From contig JAZPYO010000022.1 of NCBI GenBank assembly GCA_045544195.1, positions 12,681 to 76,680 of the forward strand: DNA of 64,000 bases, in the 5' to 3' direction. The first letter of the stretch is position 1; each line of letters starts with the position of its first letter. A program made the position numbers and the translations under genes. Origin of the DNA: Eubacteriales bacterium. GTDB taxonomy: Bacteria > Bacillota > Clostridia > Oscillospirales > CAG-272. The notes below the pieces were generated by a model that had not been told where the DNA came from, made no database searches, and was given only the letters and a program-made list of their open reading frames with translations. Below, piece after piece: positions 1 to 10,036 of this stretch.

Positions 1-1529
1 GATGCACCGAGTATACCGCCCATTCCGCCGTAATTACCCGTAATATCTACCTTACTGTAACAGTTTTCTATGACGGTTGCACTCGTTGCAATACCGCATA
101 TTGAGCCTACTGTCCAGCCAACCGATCTTATGCTTCCCGATTCAATGCCTAAATTTCGTATTTCCGCAACGCTGACATATCCGAAAAATCCCGATCTTTC
201 GGTATTTTCATCAATATTCAAATGATGAATGACATTGCCGTTACCGTTAAACCTTCCTCTGAACGGATTGTTTATTCCGTCTGTACCGCCGATCTTTGTC
301 CATACAAAGCCGAGTAGATTTACATCTGTTGTAAGGATTATGTCACAGTTTATGTACGGCTGACCGTCGTTTACGGTACGGGCAAAATATGCAAGAGCAT
401 CCGCACCGTTCAGATAGTACGTATTACCGTCCTTTACGAATGTTTCAGGGGCTGACGTCGGCGTTTTACCGTCCCATACGTCGAAATCGTTTCTTACAGT
501 ACCTTCAAAATATATTCCTATATGGTCAGACAGATCGTATCCGTATTTTTCACCGTTTGCAATAATACTGTCATAATCGTCAATGATATTATAATTTGCA
601 TCAAATGATTCTGTAAGATTCTTATACAGCTCCATTTGAATATTTCCCTTTACAAAAAGGTGGTCTATCGTATTCGAAAGAAATCTCGTTGGATAATATC
701 CGAATGAACGCCATGTGCTTGCAGTCTTCGTTGTTTCTGCTTCAAAGCGTGCGTCAGCATAGCCGTAACCGGTAAAGCATCCGTATGTTCTTCCGTTTAA
801 AACGGTACTCATATTCATATCACCCGTGATTATTACGGGCAAGTCCATAGACAGCTTTTCAATCTGCTGACATACCACCTGCGCCTGATGGACCGAATAC
901 TCCTCTGTACACGTTGTAAGGTGTGTATTCGCCTGAAAATACGCAATGCCTGTTTTCTTATCACGCAGTATTGCCCATGTGCAAGTACGGTTAAAGCAGC
1001 TTGATGCGGTCGTATTACGGCTGGGAACGTCGGGCGTTGTGGAAAGCCAGAAATCACCGCTTTTCAACAGCTCGAATTTTTCCGTATTATAAAATATTAA
1101 ATTGTAAAGATCCCATCTTTCTCCATTTGAACCGTCTCTGTTGCCGTTTGCACTCACGCCGATATAAGCGTATTTATCGGTAAGACGTGTATTTGCATTT
1201 TCGGTAAGATACGGAAACCATTCGTAATTGACCTCTTGCAAGGTTATAACATCGGGAGCATATCGGTCTATGAGCTTTTTAAGTCTTACTGCTCTTTTGT
1301 CAAACGAATAATCCGCCATCGTTCTTGACGGGAATTTTTCAAACATACGGTCGATAGTGCCCGGATCTACATATGCGCAGATATTATAATCAAAAACCTT
1401 GATGTCCATTTCGTCCTGCGCACCATTTACATCGACCTTAAAAAAAGGAATAACGGAAAAGCAGGTCAAAGCCGCCATAAACACTGCAATAGCAGCCTTA
1501 ATATAACGTAAGGAAATGGTTTTGTTCAT
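1..1529 (-). CDS. Secreted endonuclease/exonuclease/phosphatase (EEP) domain protein fused to a GLUG-repeat-like region; 3' end runs off the window
   Basis: Not in the ORF track; translated by hand from ATG 1529 (RBS GAAAGGT). The frame is open through the part checked (down to about 420) and appears to continue off the window. It shows a signal peptide MNKTISLRYIKAAIAVFMAALTCFSV, EEP motifs PDVITLQEV, FWLSTTPDVPS, RTCTWAILR, NTHL, PVIITGDMN, TIDH and LSDH, then VWDG...FRGRFNGNG...IGFFG typical of GLUG-type repeats. Confidence 0.85.
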   Translation of the reverse strand, partial: MNKTISLRYIKAAIAVFMAALTCFSVIPFFKVDVNGAQDEMDIKVFDYNICAYVDPGTIDRMFEKFPSRTMADYSFDKRAVRLKKLIDRYAPDVITLQEVNYEWFPYLTENANTRLTDKYAYIGVSANGNRDGSNGERWDLYNLIFYNTEKFELLKSGDFWLSTTPDVPSRNTTASSCFNRTCTWAILRDKKTGIAYFQANTHLTTCTEEYSVHQAQVVCQQIEKLSMDLPVIITGDMNMSTVLNGRTYGCFTGYGYADARFEAETTKTASTWRSFGYYPTRFLSNTIDHLFVKGNIQMELYKNLTESFDANYNIIDDYDSIIANGEKYGYDLSDHIGIYFEGTVRNDFDVWDGKTPTSAPETFVKDGNTYYLNGADALAYFARTVNDGQPYINCDIILTTDVNLLGFVWTKIGGTDGINNPFRGRFNGNGNVIHHLNIDENTERSGFFGYVSVAEIRNLGIESGSIRSVGWTVGSICGIATSATVIENCYSKVDITGNYGGMGGILGA

Positions 1530-1559
1530 TATGTGAATACCTTTCAAATAATACTTTTA

Positions 1560-1608
1560 AAGCCACTTTCGAAAGTTCCGTTTTGTTCGGCACATCCGAA
1601 AGTGGCTT
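1560..1608 (-). terminator. Intergenic stem-loop or intrinsic terminator between the CBM-like gene and the EEP gene
   Basis: 12-bp arms AAGCCACTTTCG / CGAAAGTGGCTT, followed by TTTT on the minus strand. Confidence 0.7.
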
Positions 1609-1643
1609 CAGTAATTCAAGTAACAGTCAACCGTTACAGAAGA

Positions 1644-3257
1644 TTATGCTTTTTTCTTTTTGATAACTACAACAACTACTGCAACTACTGCAACCACTGC
1701 AGCTGCGATAACTGCGATGAGCCAAACGGGAACACCGCCCTTGTTATCATCCTTATTATCGTCCTTGTTGTCAGCGGATGTAGCGGGAGCCTTTGTTGCA
1801 ACGTCAGTTTCTGCATCTGTTTCAGAAGGCTCATCAGCAGGTGCTTCTGTCTGAACGGGCTTCGGCTCGTTCTTATCGCCTATGAAATCAGGGAATACTT
1901 CGTCTTCGAATATAGGAGCAGCTGAATAGTACTTGATCCACTGGATATCAACGTACTCACCTGTAACATCCTCAGTAGTGTCGTTAAATGGAGCAAGATA
2001 GAACTCCGTTATAAACTGAGACCAGTTTGCTTCGCTGGACATATCGAATACTATCGTATGCCACTGACCGTCATTACCCATACCGTAACCGGGATCGTAA
2101 TCATTTACTCTGTCAAGAGTAGGCCTGAGAGAGTTTGTATAGTTGATCGCCAAGAGGTTGCTCTTCTGGCTGCTCGTGCGGTACTTAACTGCAACGTAAA
2201 GTCCCTTGTCGTCCATATTAAGACCCTGTGTAAGATCTGAAGAACCGATTATGGGATCCTTGCCTGTTACTGTAAGTCTTACGAACTTTTCACCGTTCTC
2301 GTCCATATCCTTAGCTTCAACAGAACCGTTTGTCTTGTCAAATATTGCAGCCGCTCCTGCCTTGTCAAAGCGGTCAGCAGCTGAGAAGCCTTCCTGCTCT
2401 TCTTCTGCAGGAACGTCATCTTCGGGAGCCGTTGTTACATCATCACCGTCTTCTACACCTGCGGGCTTACCTGCAAGCGTGAGAATGGGAAGGTTCTTAA
2501 CTATCTTTTCGCAAGCAATACCGAAGCCGTATTCTATCTGCTTCTGCATATCGTCAGTTGTCTTGTCGCCGTCACCCATGCAAAGACAGAAGCCCATACG
2601 GAACGTAGCATCGTTTTCGGGCTTTTCGCCAAGAACAGTACCGAGATTTACACGCAGCTCGTATGTTACCTTTTCAGCATCCTTATCCCAGTTAGTACCG
2701 AAATCCTGCTCAGCAGTAAGGTCGATATTCTTTCTGTCACCCCACTTTGTGTAGGAAAGCATACCGCCGTTGGGATCATAGCCTACGCCGATCTCGGCTC
2801 TGTCTGTGCCTACAGCTTCCATATCGGTGATCGCCATCTGCAAGCACCAAGCGCGGAACATATAAACCTCATCGCCTGTCAATGAACAGTTATACTCTGC
2901 CTTGCCTGCGTGTGATCTTACTGCAAGATAGAAGTAATTACCGTGCCAAGCCGTGTATACCTCAACCTCTTCCTCAAGGAATTTCTTCATATCCTCGAAA
3001 GTCGTGGTTACCTCGAAAAGATTTGCGCCGATCATATAGCTGAAATAATCGTCAACATCACCGAAGTTTACCTTGTAATACTCGCCTTCGCTGATCTTAC
3101 CGTCCATAACGGGAGCCGAGGGGATGTAATTTACATCGAAGCCGATAATGTCGGTCTCGGGCTCAACGTTACGCTGAATTTCAATAGCGCCGAATGACGT
3201 TACAGCGCAGCTTACAGCAAGCACTGCCGTCAAAACAATAGCAAAAATTTTTTTCAT
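1644..3257 (-). CDS. Membrane-anchored surface protein with an N-terminal CBM9/DOMON-like sugar-binding domain and a second CBM-like beta-sandwich
   Basis: Signal peptide; PSAPVMDGKISEGEY motif; DGQWHTIVFDMS domain; P/T/E-rich linker; C-terminal TM helix plus KKKKA tail; RBS AAAGGAG. Confidence 0.65.
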   Translation of the reverse strand: MKKIFAIVLTAVLAVSCAVTSFGAIEIQRNVEPETDIIGFDVNYIPSAPVMDGKISEGEYYKVNFGDVDDYFSYMIGANLFEVTTTFEDMKKFLEEEVEVYTAWHGNYFYLAVRSHAGKAEYNCSLTGDEVYMFRAWCLQMAITDMEAVGTDRAEIGVGYDPNGGMLSYTKWGDRKNIDLTAEQDFGTNWDKDAEKVTYELRVNLGTVLGEKPENDATFRMGFCLCMGDGDKTTDDMQKQIEYGFGIACEKIVKNLPILTLAGKPAGVEDGDDVTTAPEDDVPAEEEQEGFSAADRFDKAGAAAIFDKTNGSVEAKDMDENGEKFVRLTVTGKDPIIGSSDLTQGLNMDDKGLYVAVKYRTSSQKSNLLAINYTNSLRPTLDRVNDYDPGYGMGNDGQWHTIVFDMSSEANWSQFITEFYLAPFNDTTEDVTGEYVDIQWIKYYSAAPIFEDEVFPDFIGDKNEPKPVQTEAPADEPSETDAETDVATKAPATSADNKDDNKDDNKGGVPVWLIAVIAAAVVAVVAVVVVVIKKKKA

Positions 3258-3368
3258 ACAGATATTCTCCTTTCATCTGTGCCTGATTTTGATTATAAAC
3301 TATTATATCAAAAAAGTCAATACCAAAAGAAAACTTAGTTATTAATACAATGCAACGTTTCGGAAAAC

Positions 3369-4046
3369 TTACCAGACAAACGTTTCCTCTGCACGCTTCG
3401 TCATCTCTTTAACAGCAAGCGGAATATCATCCGCTCCGAATATTGACGAGCCTGCAACGATAACATTTGCGCCTGCTTGTGTAACGAGATCTACATTATA
3501 GGTATAAAGTCCGCCATCGACCTCAATATCGATATCTCTGCCTGACTTTTTGATAAGCTCACGTGCTACTTTACAGCTTTCAATGGCTGAAGGAATGAAT
3601 TTCTGACCGCCGAAGCCGGGCTGAACGGACATAATAAGCACCATATCAACATACGGCAGATACCCTTCAAGAACAGCGGGATTTGTGTCCGGCTTTATCG
3701 AAATACACGGCTTTATACCGAGCGAGCGTATGTACTCAAGCACCCTTATTCTCTCATGGCACGCTTCGTGATGTATCGTTATAATATCAGCGCCTGCTTT
3801 TGCGAAATCATCTATATAACGCATAGGATCGACGATCATCAGATGCACATCAAAAACCTGATCTGAATGCTTTCTGAGTGTTTCGGGAACTATCTTTCCG
3901 AATGATATATTAGGCACAAAAATACCATCCATAACGTCAATATGCAGATATTCTGCACCTGCCTGCTCCGTCTTTTTCACATCGTCAAGCAAATTACAGA
4001 AGTTTGCTGACAGAATAGACGGTGAAAGTTTGATCTTTTTCTCCAT
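3369..4046 (-). CDS. rpe: Ribulose-phosphate 3-epimerase
   Basis: LSPSILSA, LHIDVMDGIFVPN, DVHLM, MSVQPGFGGQKF, IEVDGG, VAGS motifs. Start reset to ATG 4046; the 40-aa upstream extension lies in AT-rich promoter DNA. Confidence 0.97.
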   Translation of the reverse strand: MEKKIKLSPSILSANFCNLLDDVKKTEQAGAEYLHIDVMDGIFVPNISFGKIVPETLRKHSDQVFDVHLMIVDPMRYIDDFAKAGADIITIHHEACHERIRVLEYIRSLGIKPCISIKPDTNPAVLEGYLPYVDMVLIMSVQPGFGGQKFIPSAIESCKVARELIKKSGRDIDIEVDGGLYTYNVDLVTQAGANVIVAGSSIFGADDIPLAVKEMTKRAEETFVW

Positions 4047-4091
4047 TTTACTACTATCCTCGCATTTAAAATAAAAATTAAACCACTTAAT

Positions 4092-4120
4092 AATATACAC
4101 TTTCCGTTGGGTTTTGTCAA
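4092..4120 (-). promoter_or_regulatory. Sigma-A-type promoter for rpe
   Basis: TTGACA-17 bp-TATATT on the minus strand. Confidence 0.55.
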
Positions 4121-4190
4121 TAGATTTTGTGCAAATGTCCAATATAGAACCGAAAATTACGTTCAAAGCTAAAAAATGTCTGTTTAGTAC

Positions 4191-4219
4191 TTGTATTTTT
4201 TACAAAAATATATTATAAT
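4191..4219 (+). promoter_or_regulatory. Sigma-A-type promoter for the glg operon
   Basis: TTGTAT-17 bp-TATAAT upstream of glgB. Confidence 0.6.
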
Positions 4220-4272
4220 AACGACGTGTATGGTTTTATATGCGTTTTAAATATCAAAAAGGAGTGGATCAA

Positions 4273-6168
4273 ATGCATCAAAGCGACAACTCTTTAGCTC
4301 CGTATCTTTTCCACCAGGGCACAAATTTCGAGAGCTACAGATATCTCGGCTGTAACAAAGAGCCGAACGGAGAAACCGTTTTCCGTGTATGGGCACCCAA
4401 TGCCGATTCGGTATATGTTGTCGGCGATTTCAACAATTGGGACGAAAGCTGTCCTATGACAAGGATAACCGAGCGGGGCGTATGGGAATGCACTGTTAAT
4501 ATTCCCGACGGCGAGCGCATAAAATATAAATATAAGATCAAGCGTGGATACCGTGACATATACAAGGCTGACCCATATGCCTTTTATTCAGGCACTATGC
4601 TTGAAACGGCATCATACGTTTATTCTCTTCCCGCTTTCAAGTGGAGCGACGGCGATTGGCTTGCATACAGAAAAAAAGTTATGCAGAACGGTGATTACCC
4701 GTTGCCAATGAATATTTACGAGTTGCATCTGGGGTCTTGGAAAAGACACGATGACAATTCGTATATGTCCTATATTGAGATCGCCGACGAGCTTGCCCCT
4801 TACGTAAAGCAGATGGGTTACACGCATATTGAGCTTATGCCCGTTTCAGAGCATCCGTACGATGGCTCGTGGGGTTATCAGGTTTGCGGATTTTACGCAC
4901 CTACCTCACGCTTCGGCACACCTGAAATGTTTATGTATTTTATAAATAAGATGCATGAATACGGCATAGGTGTTATTATGGACTGGGTTCCCGCGCATTT
5001 TCCGAAGAACGAGCACGGGCTGTATGAATTCGACGGCTCGCCGCTGTACGAATACCAGGGACGCGACCGAATGGAGCACAAGGTATGGGGAACAAGATTT
5101 TTCGACGTAGGACGTGAGGAGGTTCAATCCTTCCTTGTGTCAAACGCACTTTACTGGCTCAAGGAATATCACGTTGACGGATTGAGAGTCGATGCCGTTG
5201 CAGCTATGCTGTACCTCGACTACGACCGTGCTCCTGGCGAATGGACACCTGCCTTCGACGGCTCTAACAAAAATTACGAATCGATCGCATTCTTCAAAAA
5301 GCTGAACACAGCAATAAAGGAAAGATTCCCCGATTGCATTACAGCGGCAGAGGAATCGACCTCGTGGCCTATGATAACAAGATCTGTGCAGGATGGCGGT
5401 CTCGGCTTTACGTTCAAATGGAATATGGGTTGGATGAATGATATAACAGCTTATGTCAAAAAAGACCCGATATTCAGACGTTACCATCATAACTATCTGA
5501 ATTTTTCCATGATGTATTCCTTTTCCGAAAGATTTATATTACCGATCTCGCACGATGAGGTAGTTCACGGGAAGGGCTCGCTCATAAACAAGATGCACGG
5601 CTCATATGAGCAGAAATTCGACGGTACACGCTTATTTATGACATATATGATGTGCCACCCCGGAAAAAAGCTGACATTTATGGGCGCGGAATACGGACAA
5701 TTCAGCGAATGGAATCAGGACAGATCACTTGAATGGTTTATGCTTGATTTCCCCAAGCACAGAACGCTTCAGTATTTCATATCTCAGCTCAACGATTTTT
5801 ACCTGCGTCACAGACAGCTTTGGCAGATAGATACAAGCTGGGACGGCTTTACATGGATACGGGCAGACGATGCTGACGGCAACACCGTAATATTCACCCG
5901 CCAGGGCTTTGACGGCAAAAAGCTCCTGTGCGTTATGAACTTTTCCGCTGAGGATAAATACGGTATGCCGATAGGCGTACCTGAAAGCGGCATCTGGCGT
6001 GATGTGTTCAACACGGACAGCGAGGAATTCGGCGGAAGAGGCAGACGGTGCGGCGATGTTGTTTCATACGAGCACGAATGCGACAGGCTTCCATATCGGA
6101 TAAATATCGATCTGCCGGCTCTTTCGGCGGTGATATTGGAAAAAGCCGATATTGCTATCACGGATTAA
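4273..6168 (+). CDS. glgB: 1,4-alpha-glucan branching enzyme
   Basis: FRVWAPNA, HPYDGSWGYQ, DWVPAHF, DGLRVDAV, AEEST, KWNMGWMND, SHDEVVHGK; start ATG 4273 after AAAAGGAG. Confidence 0.97.
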   Translation: MHQSDNSLAPYLFHQGTNFESYRYLGCNKEPNGETVFRVWAPNADSVYVVGDFNNWDESCPMTRITERGVWECTVNIPDGERIKYKYKIKRGYRDIYKADPYAFYSGTMLETASYVYSLPAFKWSDGDWLAYRKKVMQNGDYPLPMNIYELHLGSWKRHDDNSYMSYIEIADELAPYVKQMGYTHIELMPVSEHPYDGSWGYQVCGFYAPTSRFGTPEMFMYFINKMHEYGIGVIMDWVPAHFPKNEHGLYEFDGSPLYEYQGRDRMEHKVWGTRFFDVGREEVQSFLVSNALYWLKEYHVDGLRVDAVAAMLYLDYDRAPGEWTPAFDGSNKNYESIAFFKKLNTAIKERFPDCITAAEESTSWPMITRSVQDGGLGFTFKWNMGWMNDITAYVKKDPIFRRYHHNYLNFSMMYSFSERFILPISHDEVVHGKGSLINKMHGSYEQKFDGTRLFMTYMMCHPGKKLTFMGAEYGQFSEWNQDRSLEWFMLDFPKHRTLQYFISQLNDFYLRHRQLWQIDTSWDGFTWIRADDADGNTVIFTRQGFDGKKLLCVMNFSAEDKYGMPIGVPESGIWRDVFNTDSEEFGGRGRRCGDVVSYEHECDRLPYRINIDLPALSAVILEKADIAITD

Positions 6169-6195
6169 ATTTTTAAAACATAAAGGAGCATACGA

Positions 6196-7407
6196 ATGTT
6201 TAAGAAAAAGGAATGTGTGGCTATGCTGCTGGCGGGCGGTCAAGGCAGCAGACTTTACACGCTTACGGAAAAAACCGCAAAGCCCGCCGTTGTATTCGGC
6301 GGAAAATACCGTATCATTGATTTTACCCTTTCCAACTGCGTAAACTCCGGCATTGACACTGTAGGCGTTCTCACCCAGTACCAGCCCCTTGTTCTCAACG
6401 AATATATCGGCAACGGTCAACCGTGGGACCTTGACAAGACCTACGGAGGAGCAATGGTGCTTCCGCCATATCAGCGCCAGCAGGGCGCTGACTGGTACAG
6501 CGGTACTGCAAACGCTATATACCAGAATATCGACTTTATAAAGAGATACGATCCTGACTATGTGCTTATACTCTCAGGCGACCATATTTACAAAATGGAT
6601 TACAGCGCAATGCTTGATTACCATAAAAAAATGGAAGCCGACTGTACTATCGCCGTTATAGATGTGCCGATAGAAGAAGCTAGCCGCTTCGGTATAATGA
6701 ACACTAATGAGGACGGCTCTATATACCAATTTGAAGAAAAACCGAAAAACCCGAAGAGCACAAAGGCTTCTATGGGTATTTACATATTCAGCAAGCAAAA
6801 GCTGTTTGACTATCTTATGGCTGACGAGGCTGACCCTTCATCATCTAAGGATTTCGGAAAAAATATCATTCCCTCTATGCTTGCAGGAGGCGAGCGTATG
6901 TACGCATATCCTTTCAGCGGATACTGGAAGGATGTCGGAACGATATCGAGCCTTTGGGAAGCGAATATGGATCTTATCGGTGAAAATCCTGTATTCAATC
7001 TTAAAGAACCGTCATGGAGAATATTCTCCCGTAATGCTACGCAGCCCCCGCACTACACGGGAAGCGGAGCTATCATCAAAAACTCACTGATAACCGAGGG
7101 CTGTGAAATATACGGTCAGGTAGAAAACTCCATACTTTCAAACAGCGTTACAGTCGAAGCAGGCGCTACCGTAAAGGACAGCGTTATTATGGAGGGTGCT
7201 GTGATAAAAGCAGGCTCCGTCGTCGAATATACCGTTATGGACGGTAACACAACAGTCGGCTGTGGATGCCATATAGGCTCTGACAAGAGCAACGGCAAAA
7301 TAACGCTTGTGGGAAGCGATCTTAATATTCCCGACGGAATAACAGTTCCCGCAGGTGCTATGATAAACGAAAATGCGTTGAAAGAACTCTTAAAGGAGGT
7401 AAAATAA
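6196..7407 (+). CDS. glgC: Glucose-1-phosphate adenylyltransferase, catalytic subunit
   Basis: [42 protein letters not shown]. Confidence 0.97.
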   Translation: MFKKKECVAMLLAGGQGSRLYTLTEKTAKPAVVFGGKYRIIDFTLSNCVNSGIDTVGVLTQYQPLVLNEYIGNGQPWDLDKTYGGAMVLPPYQRQQGADWYSGTANAIYQNIDFIKRYDPDYVLILSGDHIYKMDYSAMLDYHKKMEADCTIAVIDVPIEEASRFGIMNTNEDGSIYQFEEKPKNPKSTKASMGIYIFSKQKLFDYLMADEADPSSSKDFGKNIIPSMLAGGERMYAYPFSGYWKDVGTISSLWEANMDLIGENPVFNLKEPSWRIFSRNATQPPHYTGSGAIIKNSLITEGCEIYGQVENSILSNSVTVEAGATVKDSVIMEGAVIKAGSVVEYTVMDGNTTVGCGCHIGSDKSNGKITLVGSDLNIPDGITVPAGAMINENALKELLKEVK

Positions 7408-7408
7408 T

Positions 7409-8539
7409 ATGTCTGCAGTAGGTATTATTTTTTCCAATGTTCACGATAAGAACATACCTGAGTTAACTCAGATACGTACAATGGCCTCCGTTCCCTACGG
7501 CTGCCGTTACCGTTTTATCGATTTTGCCCTTTCAAATATGGCAAACTCGGGAATACAAAAGGTAGGCGTTATTACACAGTACAACTATCAGTCTCTGATG
7601 GATCATATCGGAACAGGTAAAGACTGGGACCTTGCAACAAGAGCGGGCGGTATAAAAATACTCCCTCCTCATATAACCGCATTTGCAAATACCGTTAATC
7701 TCGGATTTACAACGCGTCTTTCAGGTCTTATGGATTGCGGTCATTTTCTTGAAAGATGCAAGGAAGATTACGTTATAATGTCAGACTGCGATGTAATATG
7801 CAATATCGATCTGCGTGACCTTATAGATGCTCACGCACAGACAAACGCTGATATTACGATAGCGGTAAAGAATGTTACCCTCACTACCGAGGCTTACAAA
7901 AAGAACGTAATACTTTCCTCAGACGAACATGGCAGAGCTACCGATATTTTCGTTTATCCCAACGACAAATCGGGCACACACGACATAAGCCTTAACATTA
8001 TGGTAATGAAAAGAGAGTTTCTGCACTCGGTAATACACGATTCAAAGGCGCACGGATATACGAGCTTCAATTCTGATGTTATTGCAAAGAACATCAACCG
8101 TTATAACATCAGAACATACAAGTATGACGGTTATTTTGCTTGTGTATCTTCGCTTGCCGAGTATTACTCCTGCTCTATGGAGCTTCTTGAGCCCGATGTC
8201 CGCCACGCCCTTTTCGGTGACAAGGACAGACCCGTGCTTACAAAGGTAAGAAACTCAGCTCCTACCATATACGGTCACGATTCATCTGTAAAGAATTCTC
8301 TTATTGCTGACGGATGCACTATTGAAGGAAATGTAGAAAATTCAATAATATTCAGAGGCGTCAAGATCAGTAAGGGCACGACTGTTAAAAATTCTATCGT
8401 CATGCAGGACTGCCAGATAGGTGAAAATGTTGTACTCAACTGTGCAATACTTGACAAGAATGTCGTTGTAAGAGACAGCAGAGTTCTTTCAGGTCATGAA
8501 ACAAAGCCGTTTTTTGCTGAAAAGGCAATAATGATATAA
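7409..8539 (+). CDS. glgD: Glucose-1-phosphate adenylyltransferase subunit GlgD
   Basis: RTMASVPYGCRYRFIDF, HIGTGKDWDL, TKVRNSAPT; directly follows glgC. Confidence 0.93.
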   Translation: MSAVGIIFSNVHDKNIPELTQIRTMASVPYGCRYRFIDFALSNMANSGIQKVGVITQYNYQSLMDHIGTGKDWDLATRAGGIKILPPHITAFANTVNLGFTTRLSGLMDCGHFLERCKEDYVIMSDCDVICNIDLRDLIDAHAQTNADITIAVKNVTLTTEAYKKNVILSSDEHGRATDIFVYPNDKSGTHDISLNIMVMKREFLHSVIHDSKAHGYTSFNSDVIAKNINRYNIRTYKYDGYFACVSSLAEYYSCSMELLEPDVRHALFGDKDRPVLTKVRNSAPTIYGHDSSVKNSLIADGCTIEGNVENSIIFRGVKISKGTTVKNSIVMQDCQIGENVVLNCAILDKNVVVRDSRVLSGHETKPFFAEKAIMI

Positions 8540-8574
8540 AACTGATATAAAGCAAAGGATCGGTAAATACTGAT

Positions 8575-10017
8575 ATGAATAAAATATTATACGTAGCTAC
8601 TGAAGCATTGCCCTTTATCTCCTCAGGGGGATTGGGCGATGTTATCGGCTCGCTGCCCTTGGCTGTCAAAAAAGCAGATCCGAAATGCGATGTGCGTGTC
8701 ATACTTCCCCTTTACGGCGCAGTATCAGAGCATTACCGCAAGAATATGACGAAGGTCTGCGAATTTGCGGTAGATCTTTCCTGGAGAAAGCAATACGCAG
8801 GAGTATTCAGCTACAATCTTGATAACGTTACCTATTATTTTCTGGATAACGAATACTATTTCAAGCGTGACGGACTTTACGGTCATTTTGATGACGGAGA
8901 ACGCTTTGCGTATTTCTCCGCAGCGGTCGTTGCCCTTATGGACAAGATCGACTTTTTTCCCGACGTTCTTCACGCTAATGACTGGCAGAGCGCCCTGTCG
9001 ATAATCTATCTGAAAACGCTTTATTCTTACGATGAGCGTTACAGAGGTGTAAAAACAGTATTTTCAATACACAACATCGCATTTCAGGGCAAATACAGCT
9101 TTGATATATTGGAGGATGTGTTTGGCCTTGGCAACAAGGAGCGCGAGATACTTGAATACAACGGATGCATCAATCTTATGAAGGGTGCTATCGTATGCTG
9201 TGATACGCTTATGACCGTTAGTGAAAAATATGCCGATGAAATACAGTCATCGGTTTATGCACACGGGCTTGAATATATCACACGCCTTTACTCATGTAAG
9301 ACGAAGGGCGTTCTGAACGGCATTGATATGACGTATTATGACCCTAAGAACGATGATTGCATCGCAAAAAATTACACATGGCGTTCAGTTGCAAGAAAAA
9401 GCGAAAACAAGGCAGAGCTTCAGGCATCCTTAGGCTTGCCTGTAAGAGCTGACGTACCTATGATATCCATAATATCAAGGCTTACAGAGCAAAAGGGACT
9501 TGATCTTGTAAAGGCTGTCATTGATGAGGTCATGTGCGATGACGTTCAGCTTGTAATACTCGGCAAGGGCGATTATGAGTATGAAGAATTCTTCAAGGGA
9601 CTTGAAGGAAGATTTCCCGATAAGGTACGTACGCTTTTGTTGTATAATAAGGAGCTTTCAAAGAAGATATACGCATCAAGCGACGTATTTCTTATGCCGT
9701 CAAAGACAGAGCCGTGCGGTCTGTCGCAAATGATCGCCTCACGCTACGGCGCAATTCCCGTAGTAAGAGAAACGGGTGGACTTTTCGACTCAATAAAACC
9801 GTATATCGAGCATGATGACGGAACGTTCGAAGGCGATGGCTTTACATTTGCAAACTACAACGCGCACGATATGATGTATACACTGCGTCTTGCCGTAAGT
9901 CTTTACCGCAACGCAGAAAAACGCAATGCGCTTGTTAAAAAGATCATGCGCAGAGACTTCTCATGGGGAGTATCGGCTAAAAAATATATAGAAATATATA
10001 ATGAATTATTAAAGTAA
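8575..10017 (+). CDS. glgA: Glycogen synthase (GT5)
   Basis: ATEALPF..SGGLGDV, HANDWQSA, SIHNIAFQG, EPCGLSQMIASRYG. Confidence 0.96.
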   Translation: MNKILYVATEALPFISSGGLGDVIGSLPLAVKKADPKCDVRVILPLYGAVSEHYRKNMTKVCEFAVDLSWRKQYAGVFSYNLDNVTYYFLDNEYYFKRDGLYGHFDDGERFAYFSAAVVALMDKIDFFPDVLHANDWQSALSIIYLKTLYSYDERYRGVKTVFSIHNIAFQGKYSFDILEDVFGLGNKEREILEYNGCINLMKGAIVCCDTLMTVSEKYADEIQSSVYAHGLEYITRLYSCKTKGVLNGIDMTYYDPKNDDCIAKNYTWRSVARKSENKAELQASLGLPVRADVPMISIISRLTEQKGLDLVKAVIDEVMCDDVQLVILGKGDYEYEEFFKGLEGRFPDKVRTLLLYNKELSKKIYASSDVFLMPSKTEPCGLSQMIASRYGAIPVVRETGGLFDSIKPYIEHDDGTFEGDGFTFANYNAHDMMYTLRLAVSLYRNAEKRNALVKKIMRRDFSWGVSAKKYIEIYNELLK

Positions 10018-10036
10018 AGAGGAAAACGTATTATCT

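Noticed and set aside
3349-3364. cre (CcpA) site-like TGCAACGTTTCG
   Set aside because: The right half does not match the cre consensus.
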